A DNA stretch of 64,000 nucleotides from Acidimicrobiales bacterium (GCA_024638845.1 JAHEJN010000005.1:8468-72467), one strand, 5' to 3'; shown: positions 19,246-28,536, numbered from the stretch's first letter. The notes: generated by a model not told the origin, from the sequence alone. Made by a program: numbers and translations.

Positions 19246-20283
19246 CTAACGGCCGCTCCAGGCGGCGAGGGTGGCGGCCTTGGCGTCTTCGGTCAGGGCG
19301 ACGTAGCCGACATCAGCGACCGCGACGTCGAGGCCGTCGGTCATATAGAAGTCGACATAGGCACTCAGGGCAGGATTCTCTGCCGCCTCGGCCGCGTTCA
19401 CGTAGATGTACAGCGACCGGCTGATCGAATACTCACCCGACGCGATCGTGTCGGCATTGGCCGGAGTGCAGCCATCGCCACCATCGACCTCGAGCACCTT
19501 CACGTCGGAAGCATTCAAACCGAACGCCGCACCTACGAAGCTCAACGAGCTGTTCGAACCCTGCGTGTTCCCGATGATCACGTTGTCATCGGCCGCCGAA
19601 ACGTAGTCGGGCCGGTAGAGGTTCTCCTGGCCGCGCTCCTCGGCGATGTCTTCGAGCACCAGCTCGCCGAAGCTGTCATAGGTACCCGACTCGGTACCCG
19701 GCGCCGTGATGTCCAACGGCGCATCGGGCATGGCCAAGGACCCGCCGACCTCATCGGCCAGCCCCTGGGCGTCGGACCACGCGCCGAAGCCCTCGGCCTC
19801 GGCACTGAACAACGAGTACAGGTCACCGAAGTTGACACAGTTCACCGACTCGTTGGCCGGATTGGTCAGCACCGTGATGCCATCGATACCGACCTCGAGC
19901 TCGATGTACTCGATACCGGCCTCGGCACACAGTGCCGCCTCCTCGTCCTTGATCTGGCGAGACGCACCGGAGATGTCGGTCTCACCACCACAGAACAACT
20001 GAAAACCATCACCGGTGCCCGGACCATCGACATTCACCACGACACCCGGGGCCACCTCCTCGAACAGCTCCGCCGTCCGAACCGACACCGGCTCCACCGT
20101 CGACGAACCGGAGATGTTCACCTCACCCTCGACGTCGGCCATGGCGCCGTCGTCCATCGCCGGCTCATCGGCGGGCGCATCAGTGGTTGCGGCGTCTTCT
20201 CCGCTATCACTTCCACAGGCTGCAGCCACGAGGCCGAACGTCAGAAGAATGGCCAGCAGAAGCCAACGCTTGGAGGTCTTCAC
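19246..20283 (-). CDS. pstS: Phosphate-binding lipoprotein
   Basis: Lipobox VAAAC, ISGSSTV, GTGDGF, SGASR, SGTYDSF, YSISRSLYIY; RBS GAGGAG. Confidence 0.95.
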   Translation of the reverse strand: MKTSKRWLLLAILLTFGLVAAACGSDSGEDAATTDAPADEPAMDDGAMADVEGEVNISGSSTVEPVSVRTAELFEEVAPGVVVNVDGPGTGDGFQLFCGGETDISGASRQIKDEEAALCAEAGIEYIELEVGIDGITVLTNPANESVNCVNFGDLYSLFSAEAEGFGAWSDAQGLADEVGGSLAMPDAPLDITAPGTESGTYDSFGELVLEDIAEERGQENLYRPDYVSAADDNVIIGNTQGSNSSLSFVGAAFGLNASDVKVLEVDGGDGCTPANADTIASGEYSISRSLYIYVNAAEAAENPALSAYVDFYMTDGLDVAVADVGYVALTEDAKAATLAAWSGR

Positions 20284-20331
20284 GGATCTTTGCTCCTCGG
20301 GGGAAACGAGACAGTCAGCTCGACTCGTCGG

Positions 20332-20386
20332 ACGCTAAGGAGACCGGATGTCTACAGAGTGGACCGAATGTGAACGACGGGTGAAC
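20332..20386 (-). promoter_or_regulatory. PHO-box direct repeats plus -10 element of the pstS promoter
   Basis: Minus strand GTTCACccgtc-GTTCACattcg-GTCCACtctgt-AGACAT at an exact 11-nt period, followed by TAGCGT (20332-20337); matches the Streptomyces PhoP GTTCACC repeat unit. Confidence 0.8.
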
Positions 20387-20405
20387 CCTTGTCGGCCAGT
20401 ACAGG

Positions 20406-22559
20406 TCAGCCGAAGAGCCGACGAAACGACCACCGTCGCCGGGGGGCCTCGGGCGCCGTGACCGGCAGGGGCTCGGCCGCACTGCCTCGTTCGATCTCGA
20501 GGTTGCGTAGGGTCACGTGGGTGGAGATCCCGTCGACGTCTCCGATGCGCGTCCAGAAGCCGTTCTCGTCGAGGGTCCACGCCAGCGCGGTGTCGGCCAG
20601 GCACGTCGACAGAACCGTCGCGAGCCGGCTCTGGAGGGTGGGATCGTTCACGGGGGAGACGGCCTCGACGCGTCGGTTGAGGTTGCGGGGCATCAGATCG
20701 GCCGAACCGATGTAGTACTGCGGATGGTCCGGGCCGCCACCGTTGGCGAAGTAGTAGCACCGCGAGTGCTCGAGGTACCGGCCGACGATCGAGCGCACCC
20801 GGATGTTCGCGCTGAGCCCCGGCACACCGGGCCGGAGGCAGCAGATGCCACGGACGATGAGATCGATCGAGACTCCCGCCTGCGAGGCGCGGTAGAGCGC
20901 ATCGATCATCTCGGCGTCGACCAGGCTGTTCATCTTCATGACGATTCGCCCACCGGAGCCGTGCGTGATCTCCTGGTTGATGCGCTGGACCAGCGGCTGA
21001 CGAAGATGATGCGGGGCGACCAGCATCGCTTCGTACTCGATGTCGGAGCCGTACCCGGTGAGCACGTTGAACAGCTGGCCGATGTCGGCACCGATCGTGT
21101 CGTCGGTGGTGAAGAGCCCGAAGTCCTCGTAGAGGCGGGCCGTCTTGGAGTTGTAGTTGCCGGTGCCGACGTGGCAGTAGCGGCGGATGCCGCCACTCTC
21201 GCGTCGAACCACCAGGGCCACCTTGGTGTGCACTTTGAGACCGGCCAGGCCGTAGGCGACGTGCACGCCCGATCCTTCGAGTCGTTTCGCCCACTCGATG
21301 TTCTGTGCCTCGTCGAATCGCGCCTTGAGCTCGACCACCACGGCCACCTGTTTGCCGGCCTCGGCTGCCCTGACGAGCGACTCGACGATGGGCGTGTCGC
21401 CCGAGGTTCGGTAGAGGGTGAGCTTGATGGCCATCACCCGTCGGTCGGTAGATGCCTGATGGATGAATTCCGAGACCGAACCCGAGAACGACGTGTACGG
21501 GTGATGCACCAAGACATCGGACTCCCGCATCACTTCGAAGAAGTTGCGATAGCCGTCGGGGCCGTGGAACTCGGGCGGTTGCACCGACTTCCAGCTGGGT
21601 TCCTTGAGATCGGGTCGGTCGAGGCCGTGGAGCTGCCACAGATCGGCCAACGCCAGCGGCAGCGGACTGAAGTACACGTCGCGATCGCCGATATCGAGCT
21701 CCTCGATGAGGACCTGACGGGCGGCGGGGCTGATGCTGCGCTCGATCTCGAGCCGGACCACGCTGCGGAAACGGCGTCGGCGCAGCTCGATCTCGACCGC
21801 TTCGAGCAGATCCTCGGCCTCGCCCTCGTCGATGGCGAGGTCGCCGTTGCGGGTGACCCGGAAGATCACGTGATCGACGATCTCGGTGCCGGGGAACAAT
21901 TGGTCGAGGTGGGCCGCGATCACCTGTTCGAGTCGGACGAAGCGCTGGCCGGTGGGCAGCGCCACGAACCGCGGGAGGATGGGCGGAACCTTGATGCGAG
22001 CGAACAGCGGCTTGCCCTCGCTCTGGAGGATCACACCGAGGCTCAACGAGAGGTTCGAGATGAACGGGAACGGCCGGCCGAGGTCGACGGCCAGCGGCGT
22101 GAGCACCGGATAGACCTGCTCTTCGAAGTACCCGCCGATCCACTGGTGCTCGGTGACGGTCAGGTCGTTGAAGTCGACCAGGTCGATGCCGGCGTCGGAC
22201 AGGGCAGCCAGAAGCGACTCCCAGGTGTCGGCAACCACCGCCAGTTGGTCGTCGACAGCCACGTGAATGGCGTCGAGCTGCTCGAGGGGGGTGCGGCCGT
22301 CGGGTGTCAGCGCAGTGACCTCACCGGCCACCTGGTCGTTGAGGCCGGCCACCCGGACCTGGAAGAACTCGTCGAAGTTCGAGCCGTGGATGGCGAGGAA
22401 CTTGAGCCGCTCGAGCAGCGGCATGTGCGGGTCTTCGGCCTGGGCGAGGACCCGGCGGTTGAAGTCGAGCCAGGACATCTCGCGGTTGATGAACCGCTCG
22501 GGTTGGCCCGCCAACGCCGTGAGCTCGGTTCCGGCCGAGGCCGGTTCAGCGACCGCCAT
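20406..22559 (-). CDS. ppk1: Polyphosphate kinase 1
   Basis: FINREMSWLDFNRRVL, LDE-like NFDEFFQVRVA, HHPY, ELKARFDE, KVHTK, GRYLEHSR, GSADLMPRN. Confidence 0.96.
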   Translation of the reverse strand: MAVAEPASAGTELTALAGQPERFINREMSWLDFNRRVLAQAEDPHMPLLERLKFLAIHGSNFDEFFQVRVAGLNDQVAGEVTALTPDGRTPLEQLDAIHVAVDDQLAVVADTWESLLAALSDAGIDLVDFNDLTVTEHQWIGGYFEEQVYPVLTPLAVDLGRPFPFISNLSLSLGVILQSEGKPLFARIKVPPILPRFVALPTGQRFVRLEQVIAAHLDQLFPGTEIVDHVIFRVTRNGDLAIDEGEAEDLLEAVEIELRRRRFRSVVRLEIERSISPAARQVLIEELDIGDRDVYFSPLPLALADLWQLHGLDRPDLKEPSWKSVQPPEFHGPDGYRNFFEVMRESDVLVHHPYTSFSGSVSEFIHQASTDRRVMAIKLTLYRTSGDTPIVESLVRAAEAGKQVAVVVELKARFDEAQNIEWAKRLEGSGVHVAYGLAGLKVHTKVALVVRRESGGIRRYCHVGTGNYNSKTARLYEDFGLFTTDDTIGADIGQLFNVLTGYGSDIEYEAMLVAPHHLRQPLVQRINQEITHGSGGRIVMKMNSLVDAEMIDALYRASQAGVSIDLIVRGICCLRPGVPGLSANIRVRSIVGRYLEHSRCYYFANGGGPDHPQYYIGSADLMPRNLNRRVEAVSPVNDPTLQSRLATVLSTCLADTALAWTLDENGFWTRIGDVDGISTHVTLRNLEIERGSAAEPLPVTAPEAPRRRWSFRRLFG

Positions 22560-22833
22560 CCTCCTCTTCCTCTGCATAACCGAGGTCCCATTCGATGAGC
22601 AGATTCGCTCGCTCTGCGTCGCGATTGACGCGCTCGCGATTACGGCGGAACTGCGGATCGTGGGGCGGCAGCAGCATGAGGCGGGCGTGGGCCCGGGCAC
22701 GGAATCCGTCGATCATCGCCGGATCGCCGAAATCGGACCGGAACTCCCAGTGCGGAGCGACAGGACCGAGGTAGACGACCTTGACGTTGCCGACCGGTGG
22801 CACGGTCTCGGCATCGGCTGCAATGTCGGTCAT
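22546..22833 (-). CDS. Hypothetical protein (95 aa) overlapping the ppk1 start
   Basis: RBS AGGAGA; globular-looking VKVVYLGPVAPHWE...LLPPHDPQFRRNRERVNRDAER; 14-nt overlap with ppk1. Confidence 0.75.
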   Translation of the reverse strand: MTDIAADAETVPPVGNVKVVYLGPVAPHWEFRSDFGDPAMIDGFRARAHARLMLLPPHDPQFRRNRERVNRDAERANLLIEWDLGYAEEEEDGGR

Positions 22834-22918
22834 GAGGTCTCCTGAACGGTGGAACGATGAATCCTAGTGTGCGAACGGCTCGCTGCACGCAGACCGCTGA
22901 CGGGGCGACGGACCTGCG

Positions 22919-24139
22919 TCAGTTGCCGCGGGCGCCGAGCGTGGCGTCGACGCTCTGGCGCTGACCGTTGCGTTCGATGTCGATCGTGAGCGTGTCGCCG
23001 GGGGACGCACCGCGCACGATTCGGCCGACGTCCTCGCTGGCATCGACGGCCTCGGTGCCGATTCCCACGATCACGTCACCCGCCTGGATTCCCGCGTCGG
23101 ACGCGGCGGCGCCGGGCACCACGTCGACCACGAAGGCGCCTGTGGCGGTGTCGACACCCGACTCGGCCAGCAGGTCGGGCGAGAGATCGGCGAGCGTCTG
23201 GGTGGTCACGCCGAGAAACGCGGTGTCGGGCGTGATGTCGCCCTGGCCCGCGGCGAGCTGCTCGACGAGTGGTTTGACCACATCGATCGAGATGGCAAAA
23301 CCGACGTTCTGGGCGTTGTCGATGATGGCGGTGTTGATACCCACCACCTCGCCCGCTGCGTTCACGAGCGGACCACCCGAGTTGCCGGGGTTGATGGCCG
23401 CATCGGTCTGGATGAGCTCGGACAACGAGATGATCCCTGCTTCGATGGTCCGACCCTTGGCCGAGACGATGCCGCGCGTGACGCTCGGCGTGGCACCGAG
23501 GTTGAGCGCATTGCCGATGGCCACCACTTCGTCTCCGACGCGGAGCGACTCGACCGTACCCAGAACCGCCGGGGTGGTTCCGGCCACATCGAGGGTCTGG
23601 ATGAGGGCGATGTCGTCGTCGGGAAAGCTCCCGACCATCTCGGCCAGGGCCGAGGTCCCGTCGAAGAAGAACACCTCGATCTGGTCGGCACCCGAGATCA
23701 CATGGGCATTGGTGAGGATGAGGCCGTCGTCGGAGATGACCACACCCGAGCCGGAACCCTCGAACACGCCCCGAATCGTTTCCTGACCGGTGCGAAGGGT
23801 CACGACCGACGGCTGTACGCGCCCCAGCACGCCCTGGATGTCGATGGCCTCGCCGTCGAAGGTCAGATTCGAACCCTCGTCGAAGTCCGGGGGAGTGGCA
23901 ACTTGTTGGGTGACCGTCGAATCATCGAAGATCCAAACCAGCCCGAGCGCGCCGAGCAGCGCACTGATCAGGGTGATCATCGCGGCGAGCCACAGCGTGC
24001 GGTGCGAGACCGACGGGACCTCGACCACCACGCGCTCGACCTCGGCTTCCACGACCGGCTGGCGAGCGAGATCGTAGGACGCTGCGTCGAGCAACGGAGG
24101 AAGACGGGGTTCGGACTCGATGCACCCATGGTTGCTCAC
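22919..24139 (-). CDS. htrA: HtrA-family serine protease (S1C) with PDZ
   Basis: GSGSGVV, ILTNAHV, DIALI, QTDAAINPGNSGGPL give an intact triad; TM helix; start uncertain. Confidence 0.92.
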   Translation of the reverse strand: MSNHGCIESEPRLPPLLDAASYDLARQPVVEAEVERVVVEVPSVSHRTLWLAAMITLISALLGALGLVWIFDDSTVTQQVATPPDFDEGSNLTFDGEAIDIQGVLGRVQPSVVTLRTGQETIRGVFEGSGSGVVISDDGLILTNAHVISGADQIEVFFFDGTSALAEMVGSFPDDDIALIQTLDVAGTTPAVLGTVESLRVGDEVVAIGNALNLGATPSVTRGIVSAKGRTIEAGIISLSELIQTDAAINPGNSGGPLVNAAGEVVGINTAIIDNAQNVGFAISIDVVKPLVEQLAAGQGDITPDTAFLGVTTQTLADLSPDLLAESGVDTATGAFVVDVVPGAAASDAGIQAGDVIVGIGTEAVDASEDVGRIVRGASPGDTLTIDIERNGQRQSVDATLGARGN

Positions 24140-24223
24140 CCAGAGGCCGCATCCAACGCGGATGGTCCGTTTTGTTCGTTTTCTTGGCGCGACTCGCTTT
24201 ACTACGGTTTTCTGTTGGATCCG

Positions 24224-24249
24224 GGAACCTACACAGGCGCGCCGGCGTC
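24224..24249 (+). promoter_or_regulatory. Putative ECF-sigma promoter for whiB
   Basis: GGAAC-N17-CGTC ending 33 nt upstream of the whiB ATG; overlaps a minus-strand TGTGTAGGTT that could instead be the htrA -10. Confidence 0.5.
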
Positions 24250-24282
24250 ATATCAGCACCGAGCGGGCTGAGGAGGACCTTG

Positions 24283-24522
24283 ATGGACACGACATGGATG
24301 GCAGACGGGAACTGCGCACACCATCCACCGGAGACCTTCTTCCCCTCTGATGGAGTCGGTGTGATCGAAGCCCAGAAGATCTGCGCGACCTGCCCCGTCC
24401 AGGCCCTCTGCCTCGAGTACGCCCTCCGGAATCGTGTCGAGCACGGTGTCTGGGGCGGACACTCGGAGCGCTCTCGTCGCCGACTCGTACGCGAACGGAA
24501 CAAGGCGAAGACGGCAGTCTGA
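24283..24522 (+). CDS. WhiB-family Fe-S transcription factor (79 aa)
   Basis: W...GNC, FFP, CATCPVQALC, GVWGG; RBS GAGGAGGA. Confidence 0.93.
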   Translation: MDTTWMADGNCAHHPPETFFPSDGVGVIEAQKICATCPVQALCLEYALRNRVEHGVWGGHSERSRRRLVRERNKAKTAV

Positions 24523-24547
24523 GGCGCGCCTCCGAGATGTCGGCGGC

Positions 24548-25261
24548 CTAGATGTCGGCGGCCTTCATCATCATGTCGTCCATGCCGGGATCGGCCACGA
24601 CGGTGACCACGTGGTCGCGGCGCTCGACGACCACCACGGCGAACCCATCGGCCTCGTAGTGCCACATCTTGTCCTCGTCGACCTGGTCGACAGTGCCCCC
24701 CCGCTCTTCGATCGAGTCCCAGTCGACCCGGCCGGGTTCGCGATACACCGACAGCTCGTGGGTGCCGTCGGAGTAGACCGCCTGCACCACGTCGTCGCGC
24801 CGGTATGCGCCCATCATGGCCAGGCCGGTGTCCTCGTCGACCATGGGCGGCATGTCGTCGGTGTCGATGGCGAGGAAGCCATCGGATTCACCCAGGTCGA
24901 TGGCGCTGGCGTGGCGGTCGACGTAGTCGTCGACGGCCGGAACCAATCGCGCCACCCCGGTTCCCGAGAACACCCCGAGTACCAACAACCACACCGCGGC
25001 GACCCCGAGCACGGCAACGGCGGGAACGGCCAGCCCGAGGCCACGTCGACGACGACGGGCGTCGAGGGACACGACGACGGGATCGAAGATGCCCGGAGTG
25101 GGCTCGACGTCGCCCATGCTGCGGAGCAGCTGGCGGGTGCGGCCGAGGGTGGCCAGATCGGCGGCCAGCTCGGGTGAGGTGACCAGGTCGGCCTCGAGGG
25201 CCGTGATCTCGCTCGGGGCGAGCTCACCGTCGAGGTAGGCCGAGAGCCGTTCGTCGGTCAT
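24548..25261 (-). CDS. Membrane-anchored anti-sigma factor (no Zn-ligand Cys)
   Basis: ERLSAYLDGEL N-terminus, one TM helix, C-terminal extracellular domain; ATGA overlap with the sigma gene. Confidence 0.85.
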   Translation of the reverse strand: MTDERLSAYLDGELAPSEITALEADLVTSPELAADLATLGRTRQLLRSMGDVEPTPGIFDPVVVSLDARRRRRGLGLAVPAVAVLGVAAVWLLVLGVFSGTGVARLVPAVDDYVDRHASAIDLGESDGFLAIDTDDMPPMVDEDTGLAMMGAYRRDDVVQAVYSDGTHELSVYREPGRVDWDSIEERGGTVDQVDEDKMWHYEADGFAVVVVERRDHVVTVVADPGMDDMMMKAADI

Positions 25262-25782
25262 GGCGTCACGTCTCCGGATGCCACCAGGCGATCCCGCAAC
25301 TGCGTGCGCCCGCGATGAATGCGGCTGCGCACGGTGCCGACGGGTACGTCGGTTGCGTCGCTGATCTCGTCGTAGCTCATTCCGACCACATCACACAGAA
25401 CGACGGCGACCCGGAAATCGTGCCCGAGAGTGGCCAGCGCCGCTTGGAGGTAGTCCGGTAGCCCGCTGGAGGCCGATGCGACATCGGCGCCGGCTGTTCC
25501 CGCGATGACCCGATCGGGATCGTCGGGCAGCGGATCGGCGGGCCGACGCTTGCGGCGGCGGGTCTCGTCGTAGAAGGCATTGGTGGCGATGCGGGCGAGC
25601 CAGCCCGTCATCGAGCGCGGCTCGTAGGTCTTCAGTCCTCGTCGCACTCGCACCATCACCTCCTGCACCAGGTCGTCGGCATCCGAACGATTACCGGTGA
25701 GTCGGTACGCCACGGTGTAGATGAAGCGCCCGTAGTCGCGCGCCACGTCTTCCCAGGTCGGTACGTCGTCGGCGTCGGTCAT
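25258..25782 (-). CDS. ECF sigma factor, actinobacterial SigE-like
   Basis: PTWEDVAR, AYRLTGN..DADDLVQE, WLARIATN, SYDEIS, GTVRSRIHRGR. Confidence 0.92.
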   Translation of the reverse strand: MTDADDVPTWEDVARDYGRFIYTVAYRLTGNRSDADDLVQEVMVRVRRGLKTYEPRSMTGWLARIATNAFYDETRRRKRRPADPLPDDPDRVIAGTAGADVASASSGLPDYLQAALATLGHDFRVAVVLCDVVGMSYDEISDATDVPVGTVRSRIHRGRTQLRDRLVASGDVTP

Positions 25783-25846
25783 CGATCTCCGACGACACAA
25801 CGTCGGCCATGGGGCTGTGGTTCCCGCGGCATCGCCGAGCGGGAGG

Positions 25847-26014
25847 TCAGACCGACGATTCGTCCTCGTCGCTGACGCCCTCGTCGATGCCCTTCTTGAA
25901 TTCCTTCTGGGCCTGCCCGAGCGAACGCGCCAGCTTGGGGAGCTTGGCCCCGCCGAAGACGACAAGCACGATGATCAAGATGATGAGGAGTTCACCACTT
26001 CCGAGACTACCCAT
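25847..26014 (-). CDS. tatA: Twin-arginine translocase TatA
   Basis: Hand translation MGSLGSGELLIILIIVLVVFGGAKLPKLARSLGQAQKEFKKG...; below the ORF-track length cutoff. Confidence 0.95.
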   Translation of the reverse strand: MGSLGSGELLIILIIVLVVFGGAKLPKLARSLGQAQKEFKKGIDEGVSDEDESSV

Positions 26015-26035
26015 GGTTCAACACTACCCCCGAAG

Positions 26036-26344
26036 TCAGGCGGTGATGCTGTCGGCCTGGGCCGCGGCCGCCGCCGCCTGCCGGGCCAGGGCCCGCTGAC
26101 GACGGATGCGGCGGCGCTCGCGTTCGCTCATACCGCCCCAGATGCCGAATTTCTCGCCGTTGGCCAGGGCGTACTCGAGGCAGTCGCCGCGGACCACACA
26201 ACCGCGGCAGACGTCCTTGGCCTCGCGGGTCGATGCACCGCGTTCGGGGAAGAAGAGATCGGGATCGACACCGAGGCAGTTGGCCAGTTCCTGCCACGGG
26301 CGTTCTTCGGCCCCAGGTTCGACCTGGACCTCGAGTTCGCTCAT
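26036..26344 (-). CDS. whiB: WhiB (WhiB2/WhmD-like) transcription factor
   Basis: WQELANCLGVDPDLFFPERGASTREAKDVCRGC...CLEYAL...FGIWGGMSERERR. Confidence 0.93.
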   Translation of the reverse strand: MSELEVQVEPGAEERPWQELANCLGVDPDLFFPERGASTREAKDVCRGCVVRGDCLEYALANGEKFGIWGGMSERERRRIRRQRALARQAAAAAAQADSITA

Positions 26345-26499
26345 GTGTGCCTCCCTGCCCTGCCGGCCCGTGCCGGCCAGGACACCGCGATGCCCGCTGC
26401 CTGGACACGCGTGTAATTACGTCCATGTGATTCTGGACCCTGAGCAGGCAAATCGCAAGACCGAGTCCGATTTTTCTGGAATTTCGCCCGGCGGCTCGA

Positions 26500-28536
26500 T
26501 CAGGCGGTCCGACGACCCTGCACCATGGCCCGGCGGTGCTCGACGAAATCGACGAGCACGTAATCGCCCAGATTCTCGTTGGTCGTGAAGAACGCACGCC
26601 CACCGTTCATCTTGGTGATCTGCTCGATGAACCGGGTCAGATGGGGCGTGGCGTCGAGCATGAAGGTGTTGATGCGGATGCCCTCCCGGGTACAGGCCGC
26701 GACCTCCGACAACGTGCGATCGACCGTTTCCTGCGACGGCGGATAGCTGAAGAACGGTTTTCCGCTCGCGGTGATGTGGGCGGTGGGCTCACCGTCGGTG
26801 ATCATGATGATCTGCTTGGTACCGCTCTGGCGGGCCAACAGCTCGCGGGCCAACAGGAAGCCGTGTTGCATGTTGGTGCCGTACACGTAGTCCCAGGAGA
26901 CCTCGGGGAGCTGCTCGGGTCTGATCTTGCGGGCCACCTCACTGAAGGCCACCACCCCCAGGTAGTCCCGCGGGTACTGGCTGCTCATGAGGGCGTGCAG
27001 CGCCATGGCCACCTTCTTGGCCGGCAGGAAGTTGTCGCGCATCGGCATGCTCAACGACAGATCGAGCATGAGGACCGTGCTCACCTTCACCAGCGACTCC
27101 GTGCGCTCGACCTCGAAGTCATCGGGCGTGAGCGGAACCGGCGTGCCCCCACCGGTTCGACGGATGGCGTTGCGGATGGTGCGCTGGATGTCGAGGTTGA
27201 ACGGATCGCCGAACTCGTAGGGCTTGGTCGAATAGTCGCGCTCGTGGCCGACGCCGGTCTGGGCCAGCTCGTGGCCGCCGGGGCGGTCGTGGCGCAACTT
27301 GCGGAACAGATCGGCCAAGGCCTGCTGGCCGAGACGACGGATGGCTCGCGGGGTCATCTCGAGGCGGCCGTCCTTGTTCTCGATGAGGCCCGCGTCTTCG
27401 AGCAGCTTCGTCATCTCGGCCATCTGCTCGAGGCTGCGAGCGGCGTCGTCACCCATGAGCTCACGCGCCCGTTCGACGTCGACCTCGGCGAGAGCACCGG
27501 GGTTGGTGGCGCCCCGAAGGAGCTGTTCGAGCTGATCGATGTCGGCCAGCTCACCGAGGACCTGTTGACCGCTGCCCAGATCGAGGGGGTCGAGTCCCTG
27601 GAACTGCTGCTCGCTGTCCCAGCCGGCGTCGGGAAAGAGCTGCTGGAGGCTACGACCGAGCTGATCGGCCTGCCAGCGCAGGTCCATGTCCTCGAGCAGC
27701 TGATCGGACAGTGCCTCGAGCTGGGCCCGCTGTTCGGGCGTCATCGAGTTCAACATCGCCTGCATCGCGGCCATCCGGGCAGCCATGGCTTCGAGCAGCT
27801 CGTCGAGGGTCTCGGGGTTCTCGGGGAAGAAGTCGCCGAAACGGTTCATGAAGCCGCTGAAATCGGGCTCCTCGCCGTTGGCCCGCTGATCGAGCATGTG
27901 GTTCAGCTCGGCCATCATGTCCTTCGCCCGCTGGAGGTCCTCGGGCTGCATGCCGTCGACACCCTCGGTCATCTGGTCGACGAACTGCTGCATCAGCTGC
28001 TCACGGAGGCGCTCGAGCAGTTCGTCGAAGCGACGCTGCGCCTCGGCCGAGGTGAAGTCGTAGTCCTGGAGGCTCTTCGTCTGCCCCGCGAGATCGGGCG
28101 GCAACATGTCGAGGTGGAACTGTGCTTCCTCGGCGGCCCGCCTGGCGATCTCGTCGCGTCGAGCGTCGCCGGACTCAGTGCCGAGAACATCGTCGAGCGC
28201 CCGCTTCTCGGTCTCGATCACCTCGTTGAGATCGCGGGCGATCTCGTCGTACACGCCGCCCAGGTCGAACTGGTCGAGCCGATCCTGACGTTGCTGCCTG
28301 AGCTGCTCGAGCAGCTCGCGGATGCCCTGCATTCGCTCACCGTCGACATCGAACCCCTGCTGCATCAGACGCCGTAGCGCGGCGTTGAGATCGCCGTGGT
28401 ACACGAGGTCGTCGGCCATCTCGCTCATGAGATCGGCCGCCGACAGATCGAAACCGGTCTGGGTTCCGTCCCAGCGCGAGTACGACACGCGCCGGTCGGC
28501 GGAGCGGCGACGGGAGCGGCGACGAAACAGAGCCAT
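26500..28536 (-). CDS. VWA-domain protein (partner of the AAA+ ATPase)
   Basis: YSRWDGTQ N-terminus; MIDAS DLSLS, GTNMQHG, ITDGEP. Confidence 0.9.
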   Translation of the reverse strand: MALFRRRSRRRSADRRVSYSRWDGTQTGFDLSAADLMSEMADDLVYHGDLNAALRRLMQQGFDVDGERMQGIRELLEQLRQQRQDRLDQFDLGGVYDEIARDLNEVIETEKRALDDVLGTESGDARRDEIARRAAEEAQFHLDMLPPDLAGQTKSLQDYDFTSAEAQRRFDELLERLREQLMQQFVDQMTEGVDGMQPEDLQRAKDMMAELNHMLDQRANGEEPDFSGFMNRFGDFFPENPETLDELLEAMAARMAAMQAMLNSMTPEQRAQLEALSDQLLEDMDLRWQADQLGRSLQQLFPDAGWDSEQQFQGLDPLDLGSGQQVLGELADIDQLEQLLRGATNPGALAEVDVERARELMGDDAARSLEQMAEMTKLLEDAGLIENKDGRLEMTPRAIRRLGQQALADLFRKLRHDRPGGHELAQTGVGHERDYSTKPYEFGDPFNLDIQRTIRNAIRRTGGGTPVPLTPDDFEVERTESLVKVSTVLMLDLSLSMPMRDNFLPAKKVAMALHALMSSQYPRDYLGVVAFSEVARKIRPEQLPEVSWDYVYGTNMQHGFLLARELLARQSGTKQIIMITDGEPTAHITASGKPFFSYPPSQETVDRTLSEVAACTREGIRINTFMLDATPHLTRFIEQITKMNGGRAFFTTNENLGDYVLVDFVEHRRAMVQGRRTA

